From positions 145,674-209,673 of the forward strand of contig CAZKQW010000004.1 of NCBI GenBank assembly GCA_964555055.1: 64,000 nt of DNA, read 5' to 3'. The stretch comes from an uncultured Pseudomonadota bacterium (GTDB taxonomy: Bacteria; UBA10199; JACPAL01; GCA-016699445). Below are positions 1 through 11,400 of this stretch, one piece after another (within the stretch, counting starts at the first letter, position 1; each line of letters begins with the position of its first letter). The notes beneath the pieces were generated by a model. It did not search any database and was not told where the DNA came from. It saw nothing but the letters and a program-made list of their open reading frames with translations. A program made the position numbers and the translations under genes.

Positions 1-796
1 AGTGCCGACGGGTCCACGGAGTTTGTCCACGGCTTCCGAAATATTCATGTTAACCGTCGACTCTTCGTTGATTTGGACGATCTGATCTTTCGCGCGCACA
101 CCCGCCTTGAAGGCCGGCGTATCTTCAAGAGGGGAGATGACGGTGAGGACCCCTTGCCGGACTCCAATCACGATTCCGAGTCCGCCGAAATTTCCCTTCG
201 TCCCGATCTTGAATTCGTTATAATACTTCTTCGACATGTAATTCGTATGGGGATCCAGAGTTTCGGTCGCTCCCGTGAGGGCGATCGTCGTGCGGTCCTC
301 CTCGTCGGGCTTCCCTTGGTAGTATTGATTCACGAATCCTAAGATATGCGAAATAGGCATCGCCATGTCGCTGATGCGGAAGCTTAGATCGACGGGAATA
401 CTGAGTTTCTTGTCTCCGAGGCTCAAATCGAAGCTCTTCTGGCTTTCTTTGACGAGAAGAGGGGGAAGCGCTCTCTCCAAATTTTTGGAGGCTTTCCTCA
501 GGATGTCGAGGGGATTCACCATGGACGCATCGACGTAATTCTCCTCCATCAGCTGCATGATCCGACTGATCATCTTCGAATCTTTGGAAGGAGGGATGGA
601 TTGGATGCTGACCGGAATGTCTTTTTTCAGTTTAAGCGAAAAATAAAGTAGGACGGTAAGAACGGGCAAGATGAAGAGCAGCTTTTTCAAAGGATGGTGC
701 GAGCTGATCTGAAAGGAGCGGTGGTTTTTATGGCGGGACATCTTGCCAGCATGTCTGCCGCTCTGAGGTTTATCAAGAGAAAGTTTATTGGAGACC
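1..796 (-). CDS. C-terminal processing (tail-specific) peptidase, S41 family, N-terminal part with PDZ domain; gene continues beyond window start
   Basis: Minus-strand translation from ATG at 796 gives MVSNKLSLDKPQSGRHAGKMSRHKNHRSF..., then a TM segment and the PDZ-like 'GGLGIVIGVRQGVLTVISPLEDTPAFKAGVRAKDQIVQINEEST'. Open to the window edge, so not in the ORF track. Alternative start ATG at about 741. Confidence 0.6.
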
Positions 797-868
797 ATGG
801 CGTGGTCTTTTTGCCGACAACACTTGTTTTTTCGTGAATATTTTAAAATTTATAATTAATATAGCACG

Positions 869-1468
869 ATGTTTTTTCAATCAAAGCTCTCCGTAACCTT
901 CATCGCAGCCTCCTTATTTTTAACGGCTCCCATCGCTTCGCATGCGACTATGGTCGTACCTTTGAACCTTTCGCAAATGACGGAGCAAGCGGATCGGATT
1001 TTTCGAGGACGCTGCCTCGATGTCACGCGCGACCTCGACGAAAACCAAATGCCGGCGACCTACGTTCGGTTCCGGGTGTTGGAAGGGTTAAAAGGCGTGG
1101 AGACGGGGGAGACGGTATTCGTCAAGCAGTATGGGGTTTCTCCGCGTGCCCAACCCTTTCTTCATTTGGCGGAAGGCGAAAAGACGATTGTTCCCATGAA
1201 AAGTCTTTCTTTGGCCCCTAAAGACTACGAAATCGGAAAAGAGTATTTGTTGTTTTATTATCCCGAGAGTGGGTTGGGGTTTACGTCTCCCGTGGGGGCA
1301 GGCCAAGGACTTTTCGATGTGACCGAAGATGGCCAAGGTCGTCGCCGTGCCGTCAATCCATTGAATAACCGGTTTCTGAAAGAGTTGGGGCGTCAGCAGG
1401 GCCGGGAGGATGCGACGGGCTTGAATGAGATAGAGTCGACGATTCAAGCGCTCGTACTTCAAAATTGA
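869..1468 (+). CDS. secreted hypothetical protein (signal peptide), translationally coupled to downstream metalloprotease
   Basis: 199-aa ORF with N-terminal hydrophobic signal (KLSVTFIAASLFLTAPIASHA). AT-rich promoter-like sequence upstream. Stop overlaps the next start (ATGA). Confidence 0.5.
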   Translation: MFFQSKLSVTFIAASLFLTAPIASHATMVVPLNLSQMTEQADRIFRGRCLDVTRDLDENQMPATYVRFRVLEGLKGVETGETVFVKQYGVSPRAQPFLHLAEGEKTIVPMKSLSLAPKDYEIGKEYLLFYYPESGLGFTSPVGAGQGLFDVTEDGQGRRRAVNPLNNRFLKELGRQQGREDATGLNEIESTIQALVLQN

Positions 1469-2814
1469 TGAGGATGAATCTTACACGTATGAAGAAAAGA
1501 TTTTTCGCCTCGAATATCGCCATGATTCTAATGACTTTCACAGTCGCCATGGCGGTTTCCGAACTCAACCCTCTTCAAGCGGCGGGTGCCGTCCTCGTGG
1601 ATACGGGCGGCAACGGTCAACCGGTGCTATGGCGGAACGGTGTCGTCCGTTACAATCTCGAGAGTGGAGCGGCCGCTACTTTAGGGACTTTGAATAATGA
1701 TGAGGCGGTGGCTCTCGTCCGGGAATTGTTCGAAGATTGGCAAACGGCGGCATTGAACGGGATCGGGACGACATCGGTGACCTTCGTCGAAGGCGCCTCC
1801 TTAGGATCCGTCGACACCACGAACGTGAACGAACATTTCACTTATTGCCCTCCGAATAGTCGTTGCCCGAATCAAGAGTCTCCGTTCATTACAGGAAGCG
1901 CCGAGTCCGGGGAAAGTCCCATCCTTTTCGATGCCGATGGTAGCATGACCGATATGTTGGAGGGGGTTGGGGCGAGCCATAGTATCTTGGGTTTTGCGGG
2001 CCCTCGAGTCGTCGAAAACGTCGGTGGGCGTCTTTACATCACAGAAGGCCAAGCGGTTTTAAACGGCAAATTCATCGATGGCGTGAGGAATAGCGGAAAT
2101 CCTGAAACCGATATCGATGCTTACAAAGGCGTTGTCCTTCACGAGCTTGGCCATTTTATAGGTCTGGACCATACGCAGGTCAACCTCGCGTCCGTCATTA
2201 AGTATTTGGACGACGATCCCAGTGAAAAAGAAGGGATTCCCACGATGTTCCCCCTTTACGTGGACGGAAACGAGCAGCTGAGTCTTCACTATGACGACAA
2301 GGTGGCGATTTCGTCCTTGTACCCTTCTTCCGGTTTTTCGAACTCCTTTTGTCGTTTGGAGGGTACGGTTTTTCGTTCCGATGGGACGACGGAGCTCCAA
2401 GGAGTGAACGTCGTCTTGAAAAGCGTGGCCGACCCCATCCTTGAAACTACGAGTTCCGTTTCCGGGTCACTATACGCGGGTGCTTCATCCGGTTGCGAAG
2501 GGGCTTTCGGCGATTACACGCTTTACGGATTGATTCCCGGCCATCAATATTCGCTGAGCATCGAAAAAATCAGCCGTACCTTCATTCGAGGGTCCAGCAT
2601 CGAACCTTGCGACCCACCGCAGACGGGGTTCGAAGAAAGAACCTTGTCAGGGTCTTTTTCCTGCGCAACGGCCGGTCAGGTGATCCATACGGGAACCACG
2701 GACTCTTCCTCGATCGTGACGACGAAGCAAGTGGTTGCGACGAGCGCGACGAGTCCAGGGTGCTCGTTGGCGCCTTTGAAGTCGGGCGAGCCCGCGGTAT
2801 TTCCTCAAAAATAG
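1465..2814 (+). CDS. secreted zinc metalloprotease, metzincin clan (HEXXHXXGXXH + Met-turn), with C-terminal beta-sandwich domain
   Basis: Motif VVLHELGHFIGLDHT followed by IPTMFP (Met-turn-like). Signal peptide MKKRFFASNIAMILMTFTVAMA. The true start may be ATG at 1489. Confidence 0.7.
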   Translation: MMRMNLTRMKKRFFASNIAMILMTFTVAMAVSELNPLQAAGAVLVDTGGNGQPVLWRNGVVRYNLESGAAATLGTLNNDEAVALVRELFEDWQTAALNGIGTTSVTFVEGASLGSVDTTNVNEHFTYCPPNSRCPNQESPFITGSAESGESPILFDADGSMTDMLEGVGASHSILGFAGPRVVENVGGRLYITEGQAVLNGKFIDGVRNSGNPETDIDAYKGVVLHELGHFIGLDHTQVNLASVIKYLDDDPSEKEGIPTMFPLYVDGNEQLSLHYDDKVAISSLYPSSGFSNSFCRLEGTVFRSDGTTELQGVNVVLKSVADPILETTSSVSGSLYAGASSGCEGAFGDYTLYGLIPGHQYSLSIEKISRTFIRGSSIEPCDPPQTGFEERTLSGSFSCATAGQVIHTGTTDSSSIVTTKQVVATSATSPGCSLAPLKSGEPAVFPQK

Positions 2815-2858
2815 TAGTTGCCCCCTGAGCTTTTCTAGGACTTAAGTAGCGCACTTTT

Positions 2859-5303
2859 ATGGGGAGCAAAACCAAACAAAAGACGGTGGCTGAATCCAAG
2901 ACCCGACGCAGAGAGGTCTGGGGGCTCATATTCTTGACGCTGGCGTCGTTCGTCAGCCTTTGCCTGATTTCTTATCAGGCGAGCGATCCTTCTTTTTCCA
3001 CTCTCGCGATCGGACGTCATGTCCAAAATCTCGGCGGTGTCGTGGGGGCTCATATCGCTGACTTTCTTTTGACGACCTTTGGTTTTGGAGGCTATCTCAT
3101 TCCGGTATCTTTTTTCGCCGTCGCCTTCGCTTATTTCGCTAAGATAAAACCCGATCGCGCGTCTCTCGCGAATCCCTGGAGGCGCGTGGTGGCGGGTCTC
3201 GTCTTAATCGCCGTCTCTTCCATCTTCTCTCACCTTTATTTCGGGGACATCACTTGGGGGCCCAAGGGCGACCGTATTTTGGACGCCGGCGGTTTGGTGG
3301 GTTTGTGGTTGGGAAAGTCGGGCGAACGTTGGATCGGTCGTCCCGGCAGTTATTTATTGGTGGCGGTTTCTTTTTTATTGGCGATCGTCTCGACGACCTC
3401 AGTGTCTTTAGCCGCATTCTACCTTAAGCTCCAGGCATTCATCCAATGGATGGCTCTCTATTTCGGACGTAAAGCCGGATCGTTTTTAACGGTCTGGGGA
3501 GCGAGGTCGAGCCAGTGGCTCTCACAAAAGCGTCATTCCATCATCCAGGCGTATCTCCGTTGGCAGGAATCCCGTCGTCGTCCCACCGTTGCGCGCGAAC
3601 CTCAAGTGTCCGCGGCTCGACGGGTCTCCGCTAAGGCGCTTCCCCAAAAAGAGAAGCGGGAAAAGGTAGAAGAATTGGGACGTCCTCTCGAAGAGGCTCG
3701 TCTATTTGCGGACCCCGTGATTGCTAAGACCAGTCCTCCCGAGGTGGATGCAGCGATAAGCCGTCTGGCGGATATCGAAGCCGTCGAGCCTGGAGGCGAA
3801 CCCAAGATCCTTCCGCGCGTGGACTTAAAGGATATCCAAACGGCGCGTTCCGCGAAGGATCAATTGGAGCTTGGGACTTTCTTCGCCGAATATAAGCTGC
3901 CTCAGCTTTCCTTTTTGGATTCCGAATCCCAAGAGACGGTGAAGGTCGATGAAGAAGCGTTAAAGATGAATTCCAAGCTTCTGGAAAAGAAGCTTTTGGA
4001 TTACGGCGTCGAGGGACGCATCACCGAAATACATCCCGGACCCGTCATCACTATGTACGAGTTCGAGCCGGCGCCGGGCGTCAAAGTGAATAAAATCGTG
4101 AATCTCGAGGACGATCTTTCTCTGACGATGGGTGGTAAGAGCGTGCGCATCATCGCACCGCTGCCGGGAAAAGCGGCGGTGGGCATCGAAATCCCGAATA
4201 ACGAACGCGAAACGGTATGGCTTAAGGACGTCATCGGCCATCCGAAGTTCCAAAAAGCCGAGTCGAAGATCACGTTGGCGATAGGGAAGGATACGGAAGG
4301 CATTCCTTACGTAGCCGATCTTGCCAAGATGCCGCACATGCTGGTCGCAGGCGCCACGGGGGCTGGAAAAAGCGTCCAGATCAACTCCATCATCCTCTCC
4401 CTCCTTTATAAAGCGACTCCGGATGAAGTCCGTTTGATCATGGTGGACCCTAAGATGCTTGAGCTTTCCATTTACGAGGGAATCCCCCACTTGCTCTTAC
4501 CCGTGGTCACACAGCCTAAAAAGGCCTCGATGGCCCTGCGTTGGGCCGTAGGTGAGATGGAACGCCGTTACGAACTCCTCACCCAAAAGAGCACGCGTAA
4601 TATCTTAGGTTATAATAAAGTCGTCTCTAAGGAAGAAAAACTGCCTTACATCGTGATCCTCATCGACGAATTGGCCGATCTCATGATGACGGCGGCCAAG
4701 GATGTCGAAGCTTCAGTGACGCGCTTGGCCCAAATGGCGCGCGCCGCCGGCATCCATTTGATTTTGGCGACTCAGAGACCGTCCGTGGACGTCATCACGG
4801 GGTTGATCAAGGCGAACTTCCCCGCCCGTATCTCCTTTAAAGTCTCGTCTAAGCACGATTCGCGCACGATCATCGATGCGGTCGGTGCCGAGCATCTTTT
4901 AGGATCGGGCGATATGTTATTCATGTCCGGTGGCGCTTCCAGCATGCTGCGCGTCCATGGGGCTTTCGTCTCCGAAACGGAAATCACGCGCGTCGTGACC
5001 CATTGGAAGGAACAAGGCGCACCCAAGCTCCTAGATGAATCGGTCCTAAAGGAGCCACCTTCGGAGGAGGAAGCCAAGGAAGGCGGGATCGACGACTTCG
5101 AAGACGAGTTGTACGATCAGGCCATCAAGATCGTCACGGATACGCGGCAGGCCTCCATCTCGATGATCCAACGCCGTCTGCGCATTGGTTATAATAGGGC
5201 CGCCCGAATGATCGAACGCATGGAACAAGAGGGCGTCGTGGGGCCGGCCGACGGCGCGAAGCCTCGCGAGGTCTACGCTCAAGAAGTCGAACGCGATCTA
5301 TGA
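2859..5303 (+). CDS. ftsK: DNA translocase FtsK (N-terminal TM domain, motor domain, gamma domain)
   Basis: Walker A GATGAGKS, 'LIDELADLMM' and 'LATQRPSVDVITG' motor motifs. C-terminal winged-helix gamma 'SISMIQRRLRIGYNRAARMIERMEQEGVV'. Confidence 0.92.
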   Translation: MGSKTKQKTVAESKTRRREVWGLIFLTLASFVSLCLISYQASDPSFSTLAIGRHVQNLGGVVGAHIADFLLTTFGFGGYLIPVSFFAVAFAYFAKIKPDRASLANPWRRVVAGLVLIAVSSIFSHLYFGDITWGPKGDRILDAGGLVGLWLGKSGERWIGRPGSYLLVAVSFLLAIVSTTSVSLAAFYLKLQAFIQWMALYFGRKAGSFLTVWGARSSQWLSQKRHSIIQAYLRWQESRRRPTVAREPQVSAARRVSAKALPQKEKREKVEELGRPLEEARLFADPVIAKTSPPEVDAAISRLADIEAVEPGGEPKILPRVDLKDIQTARSAKDQLELGTFFAEYKLPQLSFLDSESQETVKVDEEALKMNSKLLEKKLLDYGVEGRITEIHPGPVITMYEFEPAPGVKVNKIVNLEDDLSLTMGGKSVRIIAPLPGKAAVGIEIPNNERETVWLKDVIGHPKFQKAESKITLAIGKDTEGIPYVADLAKMPHMLVAGATGAGKSVQINSIILSLLYKATPDEVRLIMVDPKMLELSIYEGIPHLLLPVVTQPKKASMALRWAVGEMERRYELLTQKSTRNILGYNKVVSKEEKLPYIVILIDELADLMMTAAKDVEASVTRLAQMARAAGIHLILATQRPSVDVITGLIKANFPARISFKVSSKHDSRTIIDAVGAEHLLGSGDMLFMSGGASSMLRVHGAFVSETEITRVVTHWKEQGAPKLLDESVLKEPPSEEEAKEGGIDDFEDELYDQAIKIVTDTRQASISMIQRRLRIGYNRAARMIERMEQEGVVGPADGAKPREVYAQEVERDL

Positions 5304-5899
5304 AGTCTTTTTTCTCTTTCTGCCTGCTCCTATTTTCCGCGAACCTCAGCGCCGGCGTTTTAACCCAAAAAGTCCAAGAGACCTACCAGAAGACGTCTTC
5401 CTTTGAAGCTCACTTCATTCAGAAAACCCATATCGAGCTCTTGGATCGCGATGTGGAGGAGATCGGCCAGTTGGTTTTCGCGCGCCCTGGGAAGTTCTCC
5501 ATCCGTTATGATGGGGAGCAACCGCGTCAGTATCTTTGCGACGGACGGATCTTGGCAGTTTACCGCCCACTCGATAAAGAAGTGGAAATCCACGACGATG
5601 TTAACTCGTTAGTATCGCAAGAGGCCCTTGTTTTCTTGGGGGGCTTAGCAACAATGACGAAGGAATTTAAAGTCGCGGAATCCGGCGATCGATTGACCTT
5701 AGTCCCGAAATCACCCAAAGCCGTTATGAAGAAGATGATTTTGAGCATTGATCCCAAAACGTCTTTAGTAATCCGCGCCGAGCTTTTTCCGAAGAGCGGC
5801 AACCGATCCGTCTATGACTTCTCGAAGATACGCACCGACCAAGCCTACCCTGCGACCTTTTTTCAGCCGCCGCATGCCGGAGTGAAAATCAAGAAATGA
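5300..5899 (+). CDS. lolA: outer-membrane lipoprotein carrier protein LolA-like
   Basis: Signal peptide, about 200 aa, conserved ftsK-lolA synteny, 4-nt overlap with ftsK. Confidence 0.6.
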   Translation: MKSFFSFCLLLFSANLSAGVLTQKVQETYQKTSSFEAHFIQKTHIELLDRDVEEIGQLVFARPGKFSIRYDGEQPRQYLCDGRILAVYRPLDKEVEIHDDVNSLVSQEALVFLGGLATMTKEFKVAESGDRLTLVPKSPKAVMKKMILSIDPKTSLVIRAELFPKSGNRSVYDFSKIRTDQAYPATFFQPPHAGVKIKK

Positions 5900-6594
5900 A
5901 GCGTCTCTCGTCGTGGTTCCTTCCGACCTGGATTTTCCCGAAGCGTTGTCTTTGTTGTCGAAAATTCATTAAAGAGGCTTTGGATCTCTGTTCTTTTTGC
6001 CAAGAATCCTGGTCCGCCTTAAAGCCGTCACGCTGCACGCTTTGCCTTTATCCATTCGGGGAAGATTTCCAGAACCATCTCTGCGGCGATTGCCTTGCGG
6101 AGGAAAATGGCTTTGAAAAGGTGATGGCTTTGGGGCTTTATCAGGAGAGTCTTAAGGATTTGATCCTAGGGTTCAAATTTCAAGGCCGGGAAAGGCTGGG
6201 GGATTTTTTCGCCCAACGCTTTTCCGAAGCGTGCCCCGAGGCGGATGTGATCCTGCCGGTCCCTCTCCATCCGAAGAAATTGCGCCAACGCGGTTATAAT
6301 CAATCCGCCGTGATCGCGAAGCGCTTATCCCGTATCCGAAAAATCGCGTGGAGTCCTTCTGTGCTGAAGAAAATTAAGGAAACCCTCCCTCAATCGGAAT
6401 TGAGAGGAACGGCACGGCGGAAAAATCTGCAAGGAGCTTTCATCGTGACGGATCGGGAAAAAATTTCCGGAAAAAGAGTGCTTTTGATCGATGATGTGTA
6501 TACCACCGGCACCACCGTGCGGGAGGCGTCGAAGCAACTCCTGAAACAAGGGGCGAAGTCCGTCACTGTCTTCGTCATTGCGAGAGCGACATGA
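5896..6594 (+). CDS. comF: ComF family protein (double zinc-ribbon + phosphoribosyltransferase domain)
   Basis: N-terminal CxxC...CxxC pairs and the C-terminal PRTase motif 'VLLIDDVYTTGTT'. Confidence 0.75.
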   Translation: MKRLSSWFLPTWIFPKRCLCCRKFIKEALDLCSFCQESWSALKPSRCTLCLYPFGEDFQNHLCGDCLAEENGFEKVMALGLYQESLKDLILGFKFQGRERLGDFFAQRFSEACPEADVILPVPLHPKKLRQRGYNQSAVIAKRLSRIRKIAWSPSVLKKIKETLPQSELRGTARRKNLQGAFIVTDREKISGKRVLLIDDVYTTGTTVREASKQLLKQGAKSVTVFVIARAT

Positions 6595-7388
6595 ATAAAA
6601 AGAAATTACTGAATGCGGCCGTCCAAGCCGCCCGAGAGGCGGGGGCGATCCAGAAAAAGGGGTGGGGCAAGAAACACCGCATCGAGTTCAAAGGCGAGAT
6701 CAACCTCGTCACCGAGGTGGATAAGGCCTGCGAGAAGAAAATCGTCTCGATCCTTTCCAAGGCCTTTCCGGATCATGATTTTCTCACGGAGGAGTCGGGA
6801 GCCCACAATAAAAAATCGGACTATAAATGGATCATCGATCCTTTAGATGGAACGACGAACTACGCGCATGCTTTCCCGTCGTTTTGCGTATCGATCGGTC
6901 TGGAGTATTGTGGCGAAGTCATGGTTGGCGTGGTCTATAACCCGATTCATGATGAGCTCTTCACGGGCATCCGCGGGCAAGGGGCTTGGCTCAACGGCAA
7001 GAAGATTTCCGTGTCTTCCATTCGAGACTTGAAGCGGAGCCTGCTCGGCACTGGTTTCGCTTATAATGTCCAAGTGGCTAAGGATAATAACCTCAATCAT
7101 CTCGGCAACTTCCTGAAACGGGCCCAAGGCATCCGCCGTATGGGCGCCGCCGCCATCGATATCTGTTACGTGGCATGCGGGAGGTTGGAGGGTTTTTGGG
7201 AGATGGAGTTGTGGCCATGGGACATCGCGGCCGGCTGCTTGATCTTGGAGGAAGCGGGCGGGAAGACCTCGATGTTCGACGGAAGCGCTTTGGATCTTTA
7301 TGGTAAACAAATCATCGTCTCCAATGGTAAGATTCATGAAGCGATGGTGCAGGTCGTGCAAAAAGGGATGAAAAGCTTTGGCTGCTAG
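6591..7388 (+). CDS. suhB: inositol monophosphatase family protein
   Basis: 'WIIDPLDGTTNY' and 'WDIAAG' IMPase signatures. Confidence 0.85.
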   Translation: MNKKKLLNAAVQAAREAGAIQKKGWGKKHRIEFKGEINLVTEVDKACEKKIVSILSKAFPDHDFLTEESGAHNKKSDYKWIIDPLDGTTNYAHAFPSFCVSIGLEYCGEVMVGVVYNPIHDELFTGIRGQGAWLNGKKISVSSIRDLKRSLLGTGFAYNVQVAKDNNLNHLGNFLKRAQGIRRMGAAAIDICYVACGRLEGFWEMELWPWDIAAGCLILEEAGGKTSMFDGSALDLYGKQIIVSNGKIHEAMVQVVQKGMKSFGC

Positions 7389-8028
7389 CGTCCAAAAAGA
7401 GATCATCGAGGTTTTGAGAAAAATCCAGGAGAGGGCTTTTCCGGAAGCCGAGGCTCTTTTGAAGAATTTATTGAACCAATCGGAGATAAGCCGGGAAAAA
7501 GAAGCCCAGGCTTTAGCGCTTTCAACTTTTGGTGTGCTGGAAAAAGTCCGGGAAGATTATAAAGCCGCTTGGCGCTACTATGAAAAAGCTGAAAAGCTTC
7601 TTCCGGACGATCCCTCCTTAAAACTCATCATGAGCCAGCTCTTGATCCATGAGTTTTCCCAATACGACGCAGCGATCAAAAAAATGAAGAAAGTGCTCAC
7701 CCTAGCCAAAGGCTCCGCCTCATTCGAACACCAGGCCCATGCGATGATGGCGATCGCTTATTTAAGGAAGGGTGATCGGAAGAAGGCGATCGAAATGCTC
7801 CGGGAGTCGATGCGGGATGATTTTGCGGCAATTTCTTCCGCTCAGAATATCAACCTCGAGGTGATCGAGGCTTTTCTGGCGCGCCATTTCGAAACCGAAT
7901 CCTGCCGTGTTTATCTGGAAAAAGCCTTAACTTTGGCGAAATCCAAAAAAGAGAACTCCGAAATCCGCCTTTTCACGAAGCTTCTCGAGGGTTTGTCTCA
8001 TGCCCACGAAACACACGTATTCCATTAA
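7378..8028 (+). CDS. TPR-like helical repeat hypothetical protein (TTG start)
   Basis: 216-aa ORF. First in-frame start after the suhB stop is TTG at 7378. Helical TPR-like composition. Confidence 0.45.
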   Translation: MAASVQKEIIEVLRKIQERAFPEAEALLKNLLNQSEISREKEAQALALSTFGVLEKVREDYKAAWRYYEKAEKLLPDDPSLKLIMSQLLIHEFSQYDAAIKKMKKVLTLAKGSASFEHQAHAMMAIAYLRKGDRKKAIEMLRESMRDDFAAISSAQNINLEVIEAFLARHFETESCRVYLEKALTLAKSKKENSEIRLFTKLLEGLSHAHETHVFH

Positions 8029-8433
8029 ATTATTCCCAGATGATAGTTCCAAGGTATCAGTTTTTTGCGATACAATCGGTTCCCCCCGGTCTGGACTTAT
8101 CCCTAAATCCATTATCAAATTGAGATGAGTTTCTCATTTCGAGAAAATGAAAGCGTTTAGTGGGATGTAATGCCCAAATAAGAAGCTCGAGACGAGTATT
8201 AAAGAATTTATAAGCCCATGCCGTATACAATTGTATTCACTGTTCTATGCAAATGAGGGATTGTGTTTGATAAAAGTAAGGAAGTCGTCGTAAATGAAAA
8301 ATATGGTATATGAAATGCATTCATATGTGAAAGTCCTGATAAATAGAGAAAAGTGAAGTTTGTGATTGGTCAGTTTTGCCTATGTAGGTGTTCTATGTAG
8401 GTGTTCAATGAAGTTCCCAGGAGCGTAAATTTT
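8029..8433. promoter_or_regulatory. AT-rich 400-bp upstream region with palindromes (ATGAGTTTCTCAT; ATACAATTGTAT; ATATGAAATGCATTCATAT) and a 13-nt tandem direct repeat
   Basis: Markedly lower GC than the flanks. Perfect 12-bp palindrome ATACAATTGTAT near 8225. CTATGTAGGTGTT x2 at 8380-8405. RBS AGGAG at 8419-8423. Confidence 0.3.
8380..8405 (+). repeat. perfect tandem direct repeat, 13 nt x2 (CTATGTAGGTGTT)
   Basis: Read directly in sequence; lies immediately upstream of the RBS of gene 8434. Confidence 0.8.
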
Positions 8434-11400
8434 ATGAAAAAAAATAAATTGTGGTTGATTTCGATAGGAGTAGTTCTCTTAACGGGACTTTCAGTTTTTT
8501 ATCATTTGACTCGAACCTCAACCGTCAGTCGGTTGTCAGAAGGGAATGTAGAGACGCTCCCGTTGGAAGCTCAATTTGTTGTATCTGAAACTTTAGGGAA
8601 AAGTCAGAAGGTGTATCAGGCCAAAAAAAATAACGACCATTATGTTTTCTTAAATCCCTCCCAATCCCTTGAAATGCGTTTTGACGGAAACGGGGCTCTG
8701 GTGAAAACGAAACAGGGGACATGGGGACTCTCTTGGGTCGCTCAACAAAACTCTTTGGGTGGGAGCTCTCTAACTCCTTCTTTTCGAGTAGAACAAAACC
8801 GTGTGACTTATGATCACGGAAGCATTGAAGAGTGGTACGTCAACGGACCCTATGGGATACAACAAGGTTTTACTCTTAAGAAAAAAAGGTCTGAGGATGG
8901 AAATCGAGTCACTCTTCGTTTGAAAGAAGTGGGGAATTTAAAAGGGTATTTAGAAAATGGCACGTTGAAAGTCACTCCTAGTGCGAAGCAGGAAAGTAAT
9001 AAAAGCGAGGTTATTACTTACGGAGGACTTTATGCGTATGATGCCCAAGGCAAAAGCCTTCCCGTTTGGATGGAAAAAGAATCAGATCATCTCCTGATTC
9101 ATGCGGAAACTTTAGGTGCGGATTATCCGATCGTGATCGACCCTTTTATAAGACAAGCGCGGGCTTTGACTTCTTATCAGGGTTTTTTTGCTGGTCATGT
9201 AAATAATATTTTCGGTTGGTCCACGGCTTTGAGTGGAAATCGCATGGTCATTGGTGCGCCTTACCAAAACGTTGGTTCTAATGTAAGGCAGGGTGCTGCG
9301 TATGTTTTTTCGCGTTTAGGTACAAGTTGGGTTCAAGAGGCGGTATTAATTGCCGGTGATGGTGCTGCTGGAGATATATTTGGTGCGGCAGTGGGGATAG
9401 ATGGGGATCGGATCGTTGTGGCAGCGCCTTATAATGATATAGGTAGTCATCCCAATCAGGGAGCTGTCTATTTTTTCAGCTTTTCCTCCGTAAGCGAAGC
9501 TTGGTCACAGGAGCAAAAAATAGTCACTTCGAATGGTATGTCGAATGATAACCTAGGTTATTTTTCCGAGCCCACGAGAACCCTCGTCATTGAAGGGGAC
9601 ACGCTTGTTGTAGGCTCCTTAACGGCGAATGGGGGTCGAGGAGCTGTATATGTTTTTAATTATTCGATCCCCTCTTTGTGGACTCAACAACAAGAACTTA
9701 CGGCGATCGATGGGAATGTAGGTGATTTTTTTGGTAGTGCTATTGCGTTGAGCGGCAATATGATCATTGTTGGGGCTTACGGGGATGATATCGGTAGCGT
9801 AGCAAATCAGGGGGCTGCTTACGTTTTTACCCGCCTTAACCCTACTGCTGAGTGGCAGTTAGTCGAACGACTTACAGCGAATGATGGCTCTAGCGATGAT
9901 AACTTTGGTTTTGCTGTGGCTGCTTCTGGAAATCGCGTTGTTATTGGCGCTCCCAATAAAGCTGTTGGGATGAACTATAGCCAGGGCGCTATCTATGTTT
10001 TTACATTAACAGGTTCGACATGGAGCCAGGTACGCATTGTAGCGGAACGTGGGAGTACTAATGAGCTATTAGGCAGATCTATATCTTTTAATGGGTTGCG
10101 GATATTAGGTGGGGCTCGAGGAATTAGTGATAGATCCTATCGGGATGTAGGGGGTGGTTATCTATTTTCTCTCGTAGGGAGCTCATGGCTACAAGTGCAA
10201 AAGCTGACTATTAATGAGAGCCGTAATACTGCTTGGTATGGGGATAGTGTTGCGCTCGATGGTGATTATCTCTTATTAGCAACTGGTCAGGTGCCTAAGA
10301 TTTATGTATTCCACCGCTCTTCCGACACAACGCCTTCTTGGACTCAGCAACAACAAGTTAAAACTATAGGGGGAGCACAAGGGGATCAATTCGGTTACTC
10401 TGTTTCTGCCACCTCGGATCGTATTGTTGTAGGAGCTCCTTATCAAGACAAAGACGGTAATATGGACCAAGGCGCTGCATTCGTGTTTCTTAAGTCTCCT
10501 ACTACGAATCAGTGGTCTCAGGAACAGGCTCTATTCGCCTTTGACGGTGCCGCGGGAGACCATTTCGGAAGCTCTGTCGCTATGAATGCTAACGGTAATA
10601 AGATCGCCATTGGAGCGCCTGATGTGGATGCTAGACGTGGGCCGGGACAAGGGGCGGCTTATATATTTGTGAGATCCCTCACAAGCCCTCCTTGGAGTGA
10701 GGAGCAAAAGCTTGTCGGTTCTGCAACCGAGGCAGGGGATCATTTTGGTTCTTCCATTTCCATGAATAATGAACCCTCCGTTAATGAGCGTGTTATTGTC
10801 GGCGTTCCTATGGATGATGTGGGGGCAACGGTTGATCAAGGTTCTGTTTATACGTTTTTTTATTCCGCTTTTGACACGCCTTCATGGTCTGAAGAACAAC
10901 AATTGATCGCAGATGACGGCGCGACTCGTTCGCATTTTGGTCACTCTGTCTCTCTTAATGGAGATCGAGTTATTGTCGGTGCTCCCGATCATCGCGTGGG
11001 CACTAATGATGCACAGGGTAAAGCTTACGTATTCTCCTTCTCGTCCACTAGATGGGCCCTTGAGCAAGCATTGACCGCGAATAACGGGCTCTCCAATGAT
11101 CAGTTTGGTTCTGCGGTGTCTATCCACGGAGATGGCTTGGTTGTTGGAGCTCCAGGTCGTGCAAGAGACCCTTCGCATAATTATGAGGGAGCTGCTTATA
11201 TTTTTTCACATTCCCCTTCAGCCCCGTCCCCTTGGAGCCAAGAGATATATTTAACACCTTCAGACAGTGGTGATACTCACGGTTTCGGCAAGTCTGTTTC
11301 CATTCATGGGGATATCGCCCTTGTAGGGGCTCCTACCCATTCAATAGGAAGTACGGTTGCTAGGGAAGGTTCTGCTTACCTATTTTTTATAAATGGTTCT

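Noticed and set aside
73-342. 89-aa + strand ORF at the window start
   Set aside because: It lies antisense within the S41 peptidase coding region (minus strand, 1-796) and has no RBS or support.
8401-8433. GTG start at 8401 for gene 1 (ORF track)
   Set aside because: ATG at 8434 has a canonical AGGAG RBS 8 nt upstream and begins a typical signal/TM sequence. The 8401 start would place the RBS inside the CDS.
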